Shown: in pieces, positions 24,560-38,100 of the stretch
Layout: each line of letters starts with the position of its first letter
How positions within the stretch are numbered: position 1 is the first letter of the stretch
From: Octopus vulgaris
Lineage: Eukaryota
Assembly: GCA_951406725.2 (NCBI GenBank)
Contig: OX597823.1
Location: 34,720,001-34,784,000 of the forward strand
Direction of reading: 5' to 3'
Length of the DNA: 64,000 nt
Position numbers and translations under genes: made by a program
Notes under the pieces: model-generated
What the model was told of the DNA's origin: nothing
Databases searched by the model: none
The model's input: the letters and a program-made list of their open reading frames with translations, nothing else

Positions 24560-25050
24560 GATCCCTTGTGGGAGAGATGCTGTGTGAACAGTTGTGGTGC
24601 ATCGTTTGGTGCAGACATACCTCATCGGGTGACTTGTTAACAGGTACCTCGTTGAGAACCCTACCAGCTCAGTATTGCATGTGCTTTGCCCCTTAGCTTG
24701 TATGCTTGCCTTGGGAGGGGCAGCAAGGACTGAACAAGTCTTCATGAGCTGAAAGGTTCCACTTGTGGTCTCTTATCACTCATAGTCATCTTGAGCTGGT
24801 TTCAGCTGCTATGGCTATCTTCCTTGTGGCTTTCTCTAGGTGTTTCTGTTCAAGTCCTATCTTTTGTAGGAAAGAGTGCACTGCGCTAGACAGATGGCCA
24901 TGGCATCTGACTTCATTATGGAATGAGGCCACATGCCATCCTTTGACAAGAGCCTCATCGACCTAGTTCTGATAATTGATTCTCTTTAACTAGTGGGAAA
25001 TATTTAGTCTGTCCTTCCAGGGCACTGAGAGCTCAACCCATAACAAATAT
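24560..25050 (-). mobile_element. Decayed 3' end of a HERO/NeSL-type (RLE) non-LTR retrotransposon
   Basis: VELSVPWKDRLNISH*LKRINYQN*VDEALVKGWH...EVRCHG...IAAETSSR*L* matches the ELxVPWE / EVGCRG / AAExxSRWLW motifs of the restriction-like endonuclease C-terminus. Confidence 0.75.
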
Positions 25051-25300
25051 CCTAGAATGTTTAACACCAGAACCATGATAAAATACCAAGCTGAAAAAAT
25101 TGCATCTTCTTCTTGTGGTTCACTTTTAAATTCAATATAAAAAAAGGTGCAAGAATACATTTTTAGACATTTTATTAAACGGTTAGTTTGATTTTAAATG
25201 AATTTTATTTATTTATTTCCTTTGTTACATGTAATAAATAGTAAGAAACAGTTATCTAAAGTTTCATAGTTTTTGTATCCTAGCCTCAAGAAGAAATAAA

Positions 25301-25375
<75 letters not shown>

Positions 25376-25433
25376 ACACACACACACATATATATATATA
25401 ATATATATGTATGTATGTATATATGTATGTATG

Positions 25434-25490
<57 letters not shown>

Positions 25491-25593
25491 GTATATACAT
25501 ACATACATATACACACACATACATACATGCATGCACATACATAGACACATACACACGTATGTTTGCATGTAAGTATAAGCCACATATACATAC

Positions 25594-25624
<31 letters not shown>

Positions 25625-26499
25625 TATACATTTCAAAATTTAGAAAGAACTATTTAAAAAAGAACTATAATGTTTTTATTAGAAATAAAGTGAACATTAC
25701 ATCAGATTCAATGAAACAATACAAGGAAGGAGTGTTATTACATTTGAAAAATACAGTGCTGGTTCAATGCCTCCGACATATTTAAGTAGAGTGTGATGTG
25801 ATTAGTTCAAACAGAGGTGTCATCATTTTTCTAGTTTCTAATTTACTTTTAAAAAATGATAAGAGCATCAAATTCTGAAATCTGCAATTGTTTGTATTAT
25901 AAATGGAGAAATAAATTAATTAATTGATAAGTAATTAAATTATTAATTTATAAATATTACATCAAATGGTTGTTTGTTTTATTTCAGACATTGTAGCAGA
26001 AGCTATGCTGCCTTCATGGTGTATTTTGAAATATTTCTACAAAATTTAATCATGAAATATCCTCCATACAAAAAAAAAAATTAATAAAAACTGCAACATG
26101 ACTACATCAACAGCAAAAAATGGTGGATGTCATAAAGTCTTAATTTTTAATAAATTGTTTAAATTCTGAAATGTTAAATATAAAACTTGGAAATCCTGTA
26201 TAAATAAATAGAGAATAGAAGAATTTGGAATCATATTTTGTTGCTTTAAGAGAAAAGGCAAACCCATTGCAACCAATGCCAACATGGCAGCAGAAACCAT
26301 AAGGACACAGAATTAGTTATTTGTGTGGTTCCCTGTGGGCTCTGGTCATACTGGAGCACTGATCACAATTAGTTTACTTCTATAGTACATGGAGCCAAGA
26401 AAAAATGTGAAATGAAGTAGTAATGTGTTAAATGTATTTAATAAATTTATCAGTGTAGAATTGGTTGTCCATCCATTGACTCCACCCACTATTCCTGAG

Positions 26500-26830
26500 A
26501 GGGGCATGGACGGAGAGTTTTCAGGTGATTCCTCCATGGGGTCCTATTAGGAGCAATTGTCATTACACTTTCTGGCTGGATTCCCAAGCATGACCACTTG
26601 CGACAATGGACATCATCAAACCATCTGATTCTTGGTCTACCCCAAGCTCTTGTACCAGTTGCCTTGGTTTGAAGAATCTGTCTTGTGATTCTTTCCTAAT
26701 CATAAGTCCATAATACCAGAACTGTGACCTCTCTGTGTGAAGCAGTGGCAGGTCAACCTGGAGAGACTTCCTAAACTTCAAGCTATGCACCCCAATGAGT
26801 AAAGTTACTTGAGAGATCTTTCAGGGAAGC
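26500..26830 (-). mobile_element. RTE-clade LINE 3' fragment
   Basis: Frameshifted remnants ERSQFWYYGLMIR... and ...GTRAWGRPRIRWFDDV, typical of the RTE ORF C-terminus. Confidence 0.6.
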
Positions 26831-27585
26831 CCCATTTCACCTGCTTGTATTTGTGATCATACCTTTTGAGTTATTACCTGTTTGGTTGTGGAATTGTGAT
26901 ATATGAATTTCTATGAACTGAAAGACAGATTTCGAGTGGAAATATTTATATATTGATTTCAAAACTTTGGAAGAAGGCCAGTAATTTCAGGGGAACGGAT
27001 AAATCAATTACTCTGACCCCCAGATGTAAAGATGTACGAAATACCACCAGGCATTTGGTCTAGCATGGTAATGCTTCTGCCTGCTCACCACTGGACGATT
27101 ATTTATTTAATGGCACAGTACCTTATCCATGGCTATTAAGAGAATCGGATATTCTAGTTTTAACTTTAAACCTCTTTCTCTCCATTCAGTGTCAATTAAA
27201 CATTAATAAACACCATCTCATTAAAGTATAAAGGGAAATACTCAAATTAATTCAGACTAGTTTTCTTTTTGTATCTATTCATACGTAATTAAAATAAATA
27301 TTCATTCATAGATTACCCAGTCGAAATTTCCCATATGTTATTAAAAAAAGCTATTGATTTACAGTAATTAAAATACATAATTAAAAAAGTCTTAGTTCAC
27401 ATTTAAAACTAGAAATATTTCCAATGTTCATTTAAATTGTTTAAATGACTACAACCATTTGAATTATTTGACTGCTGAAGGATGGTGACAAGTGACACAA
27501 TATCACTTGGTCAGGGAGATGATAGTCAACAGTAAACAAAAAGTTGGCCAAACAAATACACATTCTCTCTCTCACTCTATTTAAC

Positions 27586-27638
<53 letters not shown>

Positions 27639-27685
27639 ATCGTTTTTTCCAAACAACTCTGATGATCGCAAATAAATCGTATATT

Positions 27686-27735
<50 letters not shown>

Positions 27736-27861
27736 TAAAGCACGATTTATTCATGATTAGAGGCGTTCGCACACTGAGGTACTTTTGTGTCAAATGAATA
27801 TGAGCAAAACAGGAAATAAAGTACGATTTAGTCGTGATCAGAGTTGTTCGAAAACCGAGGT

Positions 27862-27909
<48 letters not shown>

Positions 27910-28011
27910 GGAGTAAACACATAAATGTGAAACAAGGTGGAAAAAAGAGTACTCAAATACCAGTGGTAGAGTAATATGCTTTATTTAAAGCAGCAGAAAA
28001 TTCAACAAAAT

Positions 28012-28045
28012 CTGTTACTCTGAGTTTCTCGTTGCCGTTCATCAG
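28012..28045 (-). ncRNA. Minimal hammerhead ribozyme motif within a Penelope-type fold-back remnant (25-bp perfect arms at 27979-28003 / 28045-28069)
   Basis: Minus strand reads CTGATGA-ACG-GCAA-CGA-GAA-ACTC-A-GAGT-A-ACAG. The 5' strand of stem I is lost at the inversion junction. Confidence 0.6.
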
Positions 28046-28068
28046 AATTTTCTGCTGCTTTAAATAAA

Positions 28069-28120
<52 letters not shown>

Positions 28121-28651
28121 TTAATGTCATGCTGTGCTATTTTTTTTACAGTACCTTAGCTGCTAAAAGTGTAAGGGAGATAACTTTCGTAAACTACGAT
28201 TCCTAGTTACTGTGCTGATTTTTACCACGTCCATGAGATTTGTAGAAAATTTGTTACTATTACTGCTACTTGCCTCCAACCACTCTAAATATTTCGTCCG
28301 GCGTGCTAACATTTCTGCCAGCTCCCCACCTTGAAGCATGTCCGATATCAAAAACTCCATGTGCTTTCCTGTTCAAGTGTTCGGCAAAGTATTTGTAGAA
28401 AACAAAGCAAAACAAACCATAGAGTAAAGATTGTTTGCCAACATAACATGGCAGTCCTGGTTTAGGGCGAATGTTACTGTAATTTAGCCCCAGAAGACAT
28501 CGTCTCCAGCTGGCTGTACGACACGATCCGTGTCTTTATATTTTCAAACAAGGCCATTTAGCACCCCAAATCAGCTCAAAACAATATCTGTGTATTGTGA
28601 TTTACATGAAAAATTATTTACATATCTTATAAGCAATCACTCACGATTAAT

Positions 28652-28682
<31 letters not shown>

Positions 28683-28879
28683 ATAAACAGATAATTTCAA
28701 GGACTCCCAAAATTGCTCACTTTATTACACCGATTACAGTTCCTCATTTACTAATTAAGATCATTAATCCTTCAAGCAAAATTAGTTTCTAAAAAAACAA
28801 ATTTTCCACAAATTTCTTTTTGTTGTTTTCATCATATTTTGTTATTGTGTGACTGTTCACTGCACATAAACCCTTCGTC

Positions 28880-28935
<56 letters not shown>

Positions 28936-28945
28936 CAGCAGCAGC

Positions 28946-28994
<49 letters not shown>

Positions 28995-29979
28995 AAGTTG
29001 TCAGAGCATCAGTAAAATATTACCTTGACATTCTCCATTGAAATGAAGCTGAGGGGTCGACTTTGCTTTCATCGTTTTAAGGTTGATAAAATGAAGAACA
29101 AGAACTGGGTTGATGGAACAGACAAGCCCCTTCCCTCAAAATTAACGGCATTGGGCCTAAGTCAAAAACAAAGAGCAAAGGGCTGGCAGAATCAGTAGAG
29201 AGTTGGCAAAACTGCTTCGTGACATTTCTATCATCTTCTTACATCCTGAGTTCAAATCACACTGAGGTCAGCTTTGTCTTTCATCCATTTAGGGGTTGGT
29301 AAAATAAAATACCTGTGACATACTGGGATCAATGTAATGACTTACTTCCCATAAAACTGGCATTCTGCCAAAATTTTAAATTATTATATTTTAAGTGTTT
29401 TGCAAATTATATTTACAATATAACAGATGGCAATTGTCCACAACTCCACTATTTTGGTCTCGATTTCAATGTCTCTATGTATCTTGAACAGTTGTTTTAA
29501 TAAGTTTCTGCAGCAGCAAGGGTAATATTCATTCCCATGCCCTTACAGAATAATTTCAGTTCTAGATCTCAACTCTGCAAAACTCAGGTTTCCAAAATCA
29601 CTGAGTCATTCTACTAAGAGGACATTATCCCAAAGCTTGTTGCAGTTCACTTCTGAAGCAGTTTATTTGTCAACTGTTTCTAAATTTCATCTTATGTTTC
29701 CATCTGTACCCCAGCCACCACCTACAGTAAATCAATCTGAATGTTATCTGAATTCCGACCTTCCATAGTTATCACCACCCTCAACTTCTCCATACTAATA
29801 TCTAGAACCATAATTTATTGGTAGACAAAACATTTTCGTGCTTTACCAGTGAATAATAGTCATTGTGCTTTCTTAATGAGAGGTAGAAAAATATGGAATT
29901 ATTCTGTTGTTAAAAAGGTGCAGAGGAACAAATCAGGTTAAAGAGAAAAGAAATTAATTAGTTAATTAGTGATATGGTA

Positions 29980-29985
29980 TTTATT
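29980..29985 (-). terminator. Candidate polyadenylation signal of the desaturase
   Basis: AATAAA on minus, ~140 nt downstream of the TGA stop. Confidence 0.4.
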
Positions 29986-30121
29986 GCTCAGTGGGGAACT
30001 GATTAAAAATATAGAAAAATATGTCTTTAGCAACCATATAACCTGAAAGTGTCCAGTGCTGGGCAAGAAATTTTAGTGGTGAAAAAAAAAAAGGTTTGAA
30101 AATTTGACACTATTAAAACAA

Positions 30122-31228
30122 TCATTTGTAAACATGTATCTGGGTAGAGTCACTAATCAATGACTGAGCTGCATATTTCTTGAACATGCTCCAAAATGTT
30201 GGAAGAATTGGATCAGTATAATAGTGCACCAAATGTGGGAAAGCTTTTCGGAAATGGCTAGTGGCTTCTGGAAGATGATAGTGGGGTACTATACTAAATA
30301 GATGGTGGATCTGGTGTGTGCCGATGTCATGGGTTAATCCATGCACCCAACCATAATCCCTATCAATTGAGGATAATTGCCCTGAAACATAGTTCCATTG
30401 ATCATCTGAATACCAAGGGATGTTGACATCATGGTGGTGTAAGAAAGTAAACACCACCATGTACGTGGAAAACACAAAAAGAGGGATGATATAATGGTGA
30501 ACAAGCATTAGAAACCCTTTCTGGTGGTAAAACATATACAAAATATAAGCCATTATGAAGTCTCCTATAAAAGATAAAGTACATCCCAGGATATGGTTCT
30601 GAAATAGAAAATGGAATAGATTAAAATGATTGACTTGTCGTGGCTTATAACCACGCACCAAGTAGCCAAACCATCCTAAACCAAGACCAAATCCAGGTAA
30701 AAGCTGAGTTGATGTTTTTCGAAATTTTTTCCTGATGGGATAATAGACTTCATCTTTATCAATATTTCCAGTGTTTTTATGATGGTTTTTGTGGGACAGT
30801 TTCCAAGTATAGTAAGGACATAACAGAAAAGAATGTAACAGGGTTCCCATTGTATCGTTTAATAAGGGATGATGGGAGAAAGAACCATGTCCACAGTCGT
30901 GTCCCAGAACAAAAATAGCAGTGAACATGGTCCCTTGTAAGAACCAATAAAGGGGTATATGTACAATTCCTGCCGACACAGGTAAGTTATTCATGGCCCA
31001 CTCACTAATTACGTACAGGACTGTCATACTAACGACATCACGAACAACATAATACATTGATGTAGAAACTTTAGGATTGAAACATCGAGCTGGTATAACT
31101 TGTTTGATTTGCGTGATGGTTGGCAAGTTCTGCGGCACACCAACTTTAAAAAGTTCTTCAACCTCCTGTTCCGAAGTGCCAGATGTTTGCATTGAAGTGG
31201 CTCCATCACAGTCTTCTTCCAAAACCAT
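30122..31228 (-). CDS. Methyl-end (omega-x, Delta12/omega-3 type) fatty acid desaturase; 368 aa from ATG 31228, or 375 aa if the upstream exon supplies MLRHIDT
   Basis: Intact ORF with three His boxes (HDCGH, HKNHH, HQIHH), a FAD2/FAD3-like N-terminal motif PTITQIKQVIPARCF, hydrophobic segments, and no cytochrome b5 domain. ATG lies in ACCATGG just after a polypyrimidine tract plus CAG acceptor (exon starts at 31233). Confidence 0.95.
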   Translation of the reverse strand: MVLEEDCDGATSMQTSGTSEQEVEELFKVGVPQNLPTITQIKQVIPARCFNPKVSTSMYYVVRDVVSMTVLYVISEWAMNNLPVSAGIVHIPLYWFLQGTMFTAIFVLGHDCGHGSFSHHPLLNDTMGTLLHSFLLCPYYTWKLSHKNHHKNTGNIDKDEVYYPIRKKFRKTSTQLLPGFGLGLGWFGYLVRGYKPRQVNHFNLFHFLFQNHILGCTLSFIGDFIMAYILYMFYHQKGFLMLVHHYIIPLFVFSTYMVVFTFLHHHDVNIPWYSDDQWNYVSGQLSSIDRDYGWVHGLTHDIGTHQIHHLFSIVPHYHLPEATSHFRKAFPHLVHYYTDPILPTFWSMFKKYAAQSLISDSTQIHVYK

Positions 31229-31290
31229 GGTGTCTGTCAAAAAATAAAAAAAAAAGACAAAACTGAATAAACATCAAGTGATATAATATT

Positions 31291-32072
31291 GTAGGGGTTT
31301 ATGCAGTTTTGCACCTCTCCTTGAAAAATGCAGTTTTTTGAAGACATTTTTTTCAGATTCCTATGCTTTAGATGCCGGAGATTACGAATATGCAAAAAAC
31401 AAATTTTTTTTAATTCTAGCCCCACCCCCCACCCCAATTTAAATTTTTGATTTTGTTTACTTTAAAGAGATTGTAGCAAATTGACGAACATATGCAAATC
31501 GAAATTAAATCCAAATAAAAACATTAAAGTGAAGAGAATTTGCGTTTTACTTGTGTTAACAATAATTTAATGTAAATTAAATATACACCATTTTATGAGA
31601 AACAAACATTAATGTTTAACAATTAATGTTAGAAAGTTTAATAAGGGGCTCAAAATTTCACCCCTCCCCCGATTTTCAATTTTGAACTTTTTCATCCATT
31701 TGTTTATCTGTCTATCTATTTATCCCTGTCTATTTATTCATAAAATATATTTGTCAACTAAATGTAGTGATCCTAGAGAAGACGGTGTTACTGTTGTTTT
31801 TAGTCCCAGGAAGAAATACCTATCTCTTTATACAGATATCTATATGCTTATTGAATTTAAAATTTTGAAAACGTGGTTTCTTGCATATTCGGAATTTCCA
31901 TAATCTAAAACAAGGAAAAAAAATTTCGAAAAAGTTCAAAATCTTTTTTTTGTGTGTGTGTGGGGGGGGGTTGCATATTCGTAATCTCCGACATCTCAAA
32001 CGTAGGAATCCGAAAAGATTTTTCTTTAAATGCATTTTTCAAGGAGAGGTGTGAAACTGCATCAGCCCTAAC
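31291..32072. mobile_element. 782-bp MULE-like MITE with ~110-bp TIRs next to the desaturase splice acceptor
   Basis: GTAGGGGTTTATGCAGTTTTGCACCTCTCCTTGAAAAATGCA...GGAGATTACGAATATGCAA is mirrored at ~31970-32072. Degenerate 9-bp TSD TATAATATT/GATAATCTT. Confidence 0.75.
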
Positions 32073-32884
32073 GATAATCTTCTATTCATACGAACGTAAC
32101 TGATATGAAATATGTCATAAATAACAGTGACAAACTGATATGACACTGCATTGACAAACAACCGCAGAAATTGTGTTCACTTCAATAGACGTCATTGATC
32201 GGTTGAAATTGCCGAAATGCAAGAAATTTAACAATAAATAGCTTACACACTACAGAATTTTCTCTAGAAAGCCAAGAGTAAAATATGTTTTATGTAACAC
32301 ACTACCAGTATACGAAGTTTAAAAGTGTTTAGTAACAAAGAAATTATTTTTAAAATCTGCCGGTCAAAGTGAAAAGATCCCACTATTGAGTCGTTTAATG
32401 AGTTCAATGTCTGTCAAACTAAACAGATGCAAAAATCTTTATACATCGTCACCATTCATGTGACAACTCATACACACATACATACACATCACTGCCACTC
32501 CTACCACCACTCATACACCTTCTTATACCATCATTTCCTCACTACCTCCTATATTGTTACTGTTTCTGCTCTTCCAGGCACAGTTGTTCCCCTTGGTCCG
32601 TCAGATGTAAAATTACTATTTTTTTTTTTATAGTTTCGTTGCTGCACATCGTCGTCATCCTCCTCATCATCATCATTACTATTATAAGTTAGTGAGCTGG
32701 CAGAATCAACAATGCATCAGACAAAAAGCTTAACAACACTTCTTCTGGTTCTTTGTGTTCTAAGTTCAAATTCTGCTGTGATTCACTTTGCCTTTCATCT
32801 TTTCAGGGGTCAATAATTAAGGTACCACTTGAGTACAAGAGCTGACGTTATCAACTTACCCACTCCCCATATATCATAGAAAGG

Positions 32885-32948
<64 letters not shown>

Positions 32949-34325
32949 TATGTTTGACTTTTGCTTTACATTTGTACAAGTTGGCTCCAAGTCTCACCCA
33001 GAGACCTCAAGAGACAAGAGGTTGGAAGTTCATGTTGTTGTTAAGCCTAGTGTGCCATATATTTGGTTTTGTATTTAGTGTTGTACTAGTGAATGCTTAA
33101 AAAAAACATGCGAAAATTATGTTTGTTTTAAAACTTGAGATTACATAGAAAGTATTTAAGGATATGAGCAGTTCCCATGAGCACTATTTTTTGAATTTCT
33201 GCCATTTTTGGGTTTCCTGGTATCTGAGTTAGGTAGCAATCAGCCCCTTTTGCTATCATTCCCAGGGCACCTATGACAACAGGTGTTGTTTTAGTCTTCA
33301 GGTTCCACATTTTGCTGATTTCTATTTCATTTTATTATTATTATTATTATTATAAAGGTGACAAACTGGCAGAACCATTATTGAGCCTGACAAAGTACTT
33401 AGCTGCATTTCATCCAACTTTACCTTATGTTCAAATCCTGCTAAGGTTGACTTTGCCCTGAAAGGATGCATCCTTTCAGGGTCAATAAAATAAGTACCAG
33501 TTGAGTACTGGGACCAATGTAATCGATCTAGACCCCCCCCCTTCCACCGCTACAAATTTAGCAAACATTTTATCTTGAAGTCAACAAATTTCCTCAAATC
33601 TCAAGAATCTTTCTTTGGCTTCTTGCAGGATATAATATGGTACTTTTTCTGCCAGGTCAACAAATATTTTCAGTCTTTTAGGTAGCATTTTTGGGTGTTG
33701 TGCCAAGCGCACCAATTACTACAGGAATAACTGTTGTCTTGGTCTTCTACAGTCTCTTCACCTCTCTGGCTAGAGCATGACATTTCTCAGGGGTTTTTTT
33801 TTTCAGTATCTACAGTTATAGGGAATTGCAAATGATTTTGCCCTATTTGTTTATCTTGTCCCTTATGATCATTTCAGGTCTCCTTACCTCAATGGCATGG
33901 CCAGTCTTTATGGCAAAGTACCACAAGGTCTTGCACTTCTTATTTTCTATCACAGCTTTTGATTCGTGTTCATACCATTTTTCTGTTGTTTTGAAGTCAC
34001 ATGCTCATCTAACATCCCAATGTACTCTTCTGCCTACACAGTCATGTCTCTGCTTATACTCCTTTTGTGCTAGCTTACTGCACTCACTCAAAATGTGACT
34101 GATACTCCCATCTGCTTTTCTGCAGATTTTACATTTGCTGTTTGACCGAGTTTTGATGATCTTCACCTTGATTAGATTTGTTTTAAGGGCTTGTTCCTGA
34201 CTGGCTATAATTAATGCTTCTGTTTCTTGTTTCAAGTTCCCATTTGTCAATCAAAGCCAGCATGATTCACTTCCAGCATTTTTAGCTTGTTGCATGAATT
34301 GGCCCTACAGTTCCATTTCTTTCCA
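32885..34325 (-). mobile_element. Two R4/Dong-clade non-LTR fragments (~32885-33330 with a (TAA)n tail; ~33600-34325)
   Basis: WNLKTKTTPVVIGALG...IQKIVLMGTAHIL and LKQETEALIIASQEQAL...KCKICRKADGSISHILSECSKLAQKEYKQRHD, the R4-type zinc knuckle and RLE domain. Adjoining (ATT)n tracts. Confidence 0.8.
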
Positions 34326-35013
34326 TTTATCATCATCATCATTATTTAGTAGTGCTTTATTGATATTGTTACTATCCCACCACCACCATCCCAGTTCATT
34401 AGTGAGATTCTCATTGACTCTAATTTATTTTTAGTGTACATCCAGTCTGAATCATAGGCACCAGGTACCATTTCCATCCTTGTGACTTGCTACTCCTATA
34501 TTACATGGACAACTCTGTATATTGTATTGTTTGAAGTATCTTGGAAGATATCAAACTGATTTTTCAGTCCTAACCTAGAATTATCAATGGCTTTAATTAT
34601 TGCTAGAATTATTAAAAGCTTTCATTATAACCAGAATTATCAAGAATTTTAATTCAAAATCATAATCATCAAGAACTTAATTATAATTAATAAATATCAA
34701 AGGCTTATAACTATCAAGTTATAAGCATAATTCTTCATTATTATCATTGCTACAAGAGATGCAGGCATGGTTGTGTGGTAAGAACCTTGCTTCCCAACTA
34801 CATAGCTTCAGGTTCAGTCCTACTGTGTAGTGCCTTAAGCAAGTGTTTTCTACTATAGCCTCAGGTTGATCAATTCTTCATGAGTGGATTTGGTAGCAGA
34901 CAAAAACTGAAAGAATCTCTTCATGTGTGTAGGTGCATGTATCTGTGCGCGTGTGTGTGTGTGTAAGTGTGTGTGTGTGTGTGTGTGTGTGCATATATTA
35001 TCTATGTACAGAG

Positions 35014-35103
35014 CCTCCGACAGCTGTTTCTAGAATAGTCAAACATGTGGCTCATCATATTGAGTAAGGATTCCATAGGCTGAGTATTTCATCATCAGAG
35101 AGG
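35014..35103 (-). ncRNA. Hammerhead ribozyme (canonical core, partly decayed stem II) in a Penelope pLTR remnant
   Basis: Minus strand reads CCTCT-CTGATGA-TGAAATACTC...GACTATTCTA-GAA-ACAGCTGT-C-GGAGG: palindromic stem III and a GUC cleavage site. Confidence 0.7.
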
Positions 35104-38100
35104 TGTAAAAGTACAGGAAAGTCTACAATAGAGGATATTAGTGTATTCCAGTTTGTCAAGAATGGGAGAAGGATGAGAGTAAAATAGGAATGAGTTAGGT
35201 AGATCCATGATCGAATGGAAAATATGTATACATATCTATATTATTATCATCATCATCATCATTTAACATTCCTCTTCCACACTAGTATGAGTTGGATGGC
35301 TTGATAGCAACTGGCAACCCTAAAGACTGTACCAAACTCTACTGTCTGCTTTGGCATGTTTTCTACACCTGGATACCCTTCCCAATGTCAACCACCTTAC
35401 ATAGAGCACACTGGCTATTTCTTACATCACACTAAGAAAAGCAAGGTCACCAAATAAGAATGAGAAGGGAAATGGTTTTGAGCCAGATGATGAGAGGTTA
35501 CCCTATGATAGGGGGACAGAAACAGGGATCCTGCTGTAGAGGAGGTATGTGTATGTGTGTCTTGCTGTCTTCACATTATGCGATAGCATCTGGCCCTAAA
35601 AATTTGCCACAAAGAATTTTCATCTAACCCATGCAAATAGTGCGAAATAGATGATGATGAGGATGATGGTGATGATGATAGTGAAGATGATGATGATGAA
35701 GAATTATGAGAAAGTTTAGGGCAAAACAATAAACAAAATACTTTGCAACTGTATTTTGTAACATTCCTGTTTGTTTGAGTTCAATTTTCACTATGGTAAA
35801 TTTCACCTTGGGCCAATCAAATATGTACACAAATCAAATGGGATCAAGTTAATCCAATTATTTCCATATTTTCATGGGTGTGACATGTTGCCTAAAACTT
35901 ACACATCATTATTATAGCAAGATTTCATTTTGATTGTGTTAGTGGAATCATATTTGGAGATTTAGAAATAAATTTCTTCAACTTTTGGCATTTTGGGAAG
36001 AATCCTTTGCAATAATAGCAAATGTCTGTTTTCTGCATCTCTACAATTTGACTCTTGGTTTCAATATATTTTGAATATTTGTATTGCTGTTTCTTATGTT
36101 TCTATGACAACAGAGATAATTCAACTGGCCTCCCAAAATTTCCTCAGTTCTATAACCAACTTCAGACATCTTTTACTCTAGAATATTTCTTTAACTTCTA
36201 CTATATTATTTTGTGGCCTATAACAAATTCTATGTAAGCATTTGGTATAACAATAGCCAGGATGTTCCACACTGTATTTTGTGGGTTTTTCAACCCCAAT
36301 TTTTCAGTTCATTATGGTGATGCTGTAGTTTATAACTGGGAAGGTTTGTGTGTTTATACCCATTATCTTATTTCTAGTATTGAGTTTAGTTTTTAATATT
36401 AGCCTAACTCTTCTATACAACATTTTTCTAATTTTTCTCCTTCATTTCTGTCTGTTTCATTTTACAGTTTTATCTATTCTTAACTGTATTCTGGTCTAAT
36501 TCTCTGATTTTAGTGCATGTGTCTAATTTAATGTTCTCAGTTTTAGTTAATGACTTCTTAATAGTAGCTTCAACACATTTTACTAACCACATATTCAGTT
36601 TTATATTCTGGCTGATTTCATACACAGATTTCTTGTAAGCTCTCTAACTGTCCCTTATAAAACATTCTTAAGACATCCATGCTAAGGAGATATTTTATAA
36701 TTTGCAGCATTTATAACCATTGGTGATTTCATTCAGCAAATGAGTTCATGAAGTCAAAGAGAAGAATCGAAGAAATAATGAGTCTCTTTGGAAGATTCTT
36801 CTTCTTCTTCTTCTTCTTCTTCTTCTTCTTCTTCTTCTTCTTCTTCTTCATCCTCATCCTCATCACCACCACCACCACCACCATCACCATCACCATCATC
36901 ATCATCCTTTTCTAACTCTTTCATGCTGGCATGGGATTGACATTTTGATACGATCTGACAGGTCCAAGTTCTGCTTCATGCTCCAATGTCTTATTTAGAA
37001 TGGTTTTTACAAGTGGGTGCCCTTCTTACACCAACCATCATATATAACTGGGCCCTTTTTCTATGGCACCGGTAGTAGTGAGATGACCATGTAGGACTGA
37101 GTGGGTGGGTGGGGTGGGGAGACTACACTAGGAAGGAGAAGCAATTTTGTCAGGTGATGAAAGGTTAAAGTAAGGAAGAAAGGGTCTCAGAACAGGTTTT
37201 TCTTTGCTGTAAAAGAACTATTATACAGTTGCTTTATATAAAAATAGTGGAAATGAAGTATGAAGGTGGGCTGTCAGGTTAACTGTCAAATTAGCTAATT
37301 CTTTGCCAGCTAAGTATATAAGGGTAAAGCATAAAGGGGTAAAGACCCTCTTTGGTCATGACTGACCCTGGGATTGCACCTAGAAAGTTGCCCTCCTAGG
37401 CACAAGTCTGGGCAAGGTTGTTTTATGGAAGACCAGCAGTCGCCCATGCATACCAGCCTCTCCTCTCCATGCCAAGGGAAAGACAAAGGGGCCGATACAG
37501 CTTGGCACCTGTGATGTTGCAACTCATTTCTACAGCTGAGTGAACTGGAGCAACATGACATAAAGTATCTTGCTCAAGAACATAACACACAGCCTGATCC
37601 GGGAATTGAACTCACTACCACCATGATTGTGAGCCCAACGATCTAACCACTGTGTGTGTTAGTGTGTGTGTGTGTGTATGCGCGCGCGCGTGCGTGTGTG
37701 TGTGTATGTGTGTTAGTGTGTCTGTGTGTTAGTGTGTGTGTGCGCGCGTGCGTGTGTCTGTATGTGTGTCAGCGTGTGTTAGTGTGTATGTGTATGTTAG
37801 TGTGTATGTGCGTGTGTTAGTGTGTATGTGTGTGTTAATGTGTATGTGTTTGTGTGTTTGTGTATATGTGTGTGTGTTAGTGTGTATGTGTGCGTGTGTA
37901 TGTGTGCATGTGTTAGTGTGTATGTGCGTGTGTGTGTGCATGTGTGTATGTGTGTGTGTGTGTGCGTGTGTGTGTGTCTTATTGTAAATGACATGTAACT
38001 TCTTGCTGAGCAACCTGCAGGGATGGTTTGTTTCTAGTGATTAAATATCTCTTCTGTTGTCCATCAGCTGTCCATTCACTGCCTGGACATTGCCTGCGGA

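Noticed and set aside
24560-25092. Possible extra downstream exon of a host gene (AG acceptor-like site near 25091)
   Set aside because: The translation has multiple stops and matches HERO-type RLE motifs, so it is a dead retroelement.
31229-31240. TTG start (MTDT) given by the ORF track for the desaturase
   Set aside because: It lies across the polypyrimidine tract and CAG acceptor. A eukaryotic ATG start is available at 31228, or at 41228 after splicing.
35900-36760. Possible decayed retroelement coding region on the minus strand
   Set aside because: No motif could be recovered with enough confidence to name it.
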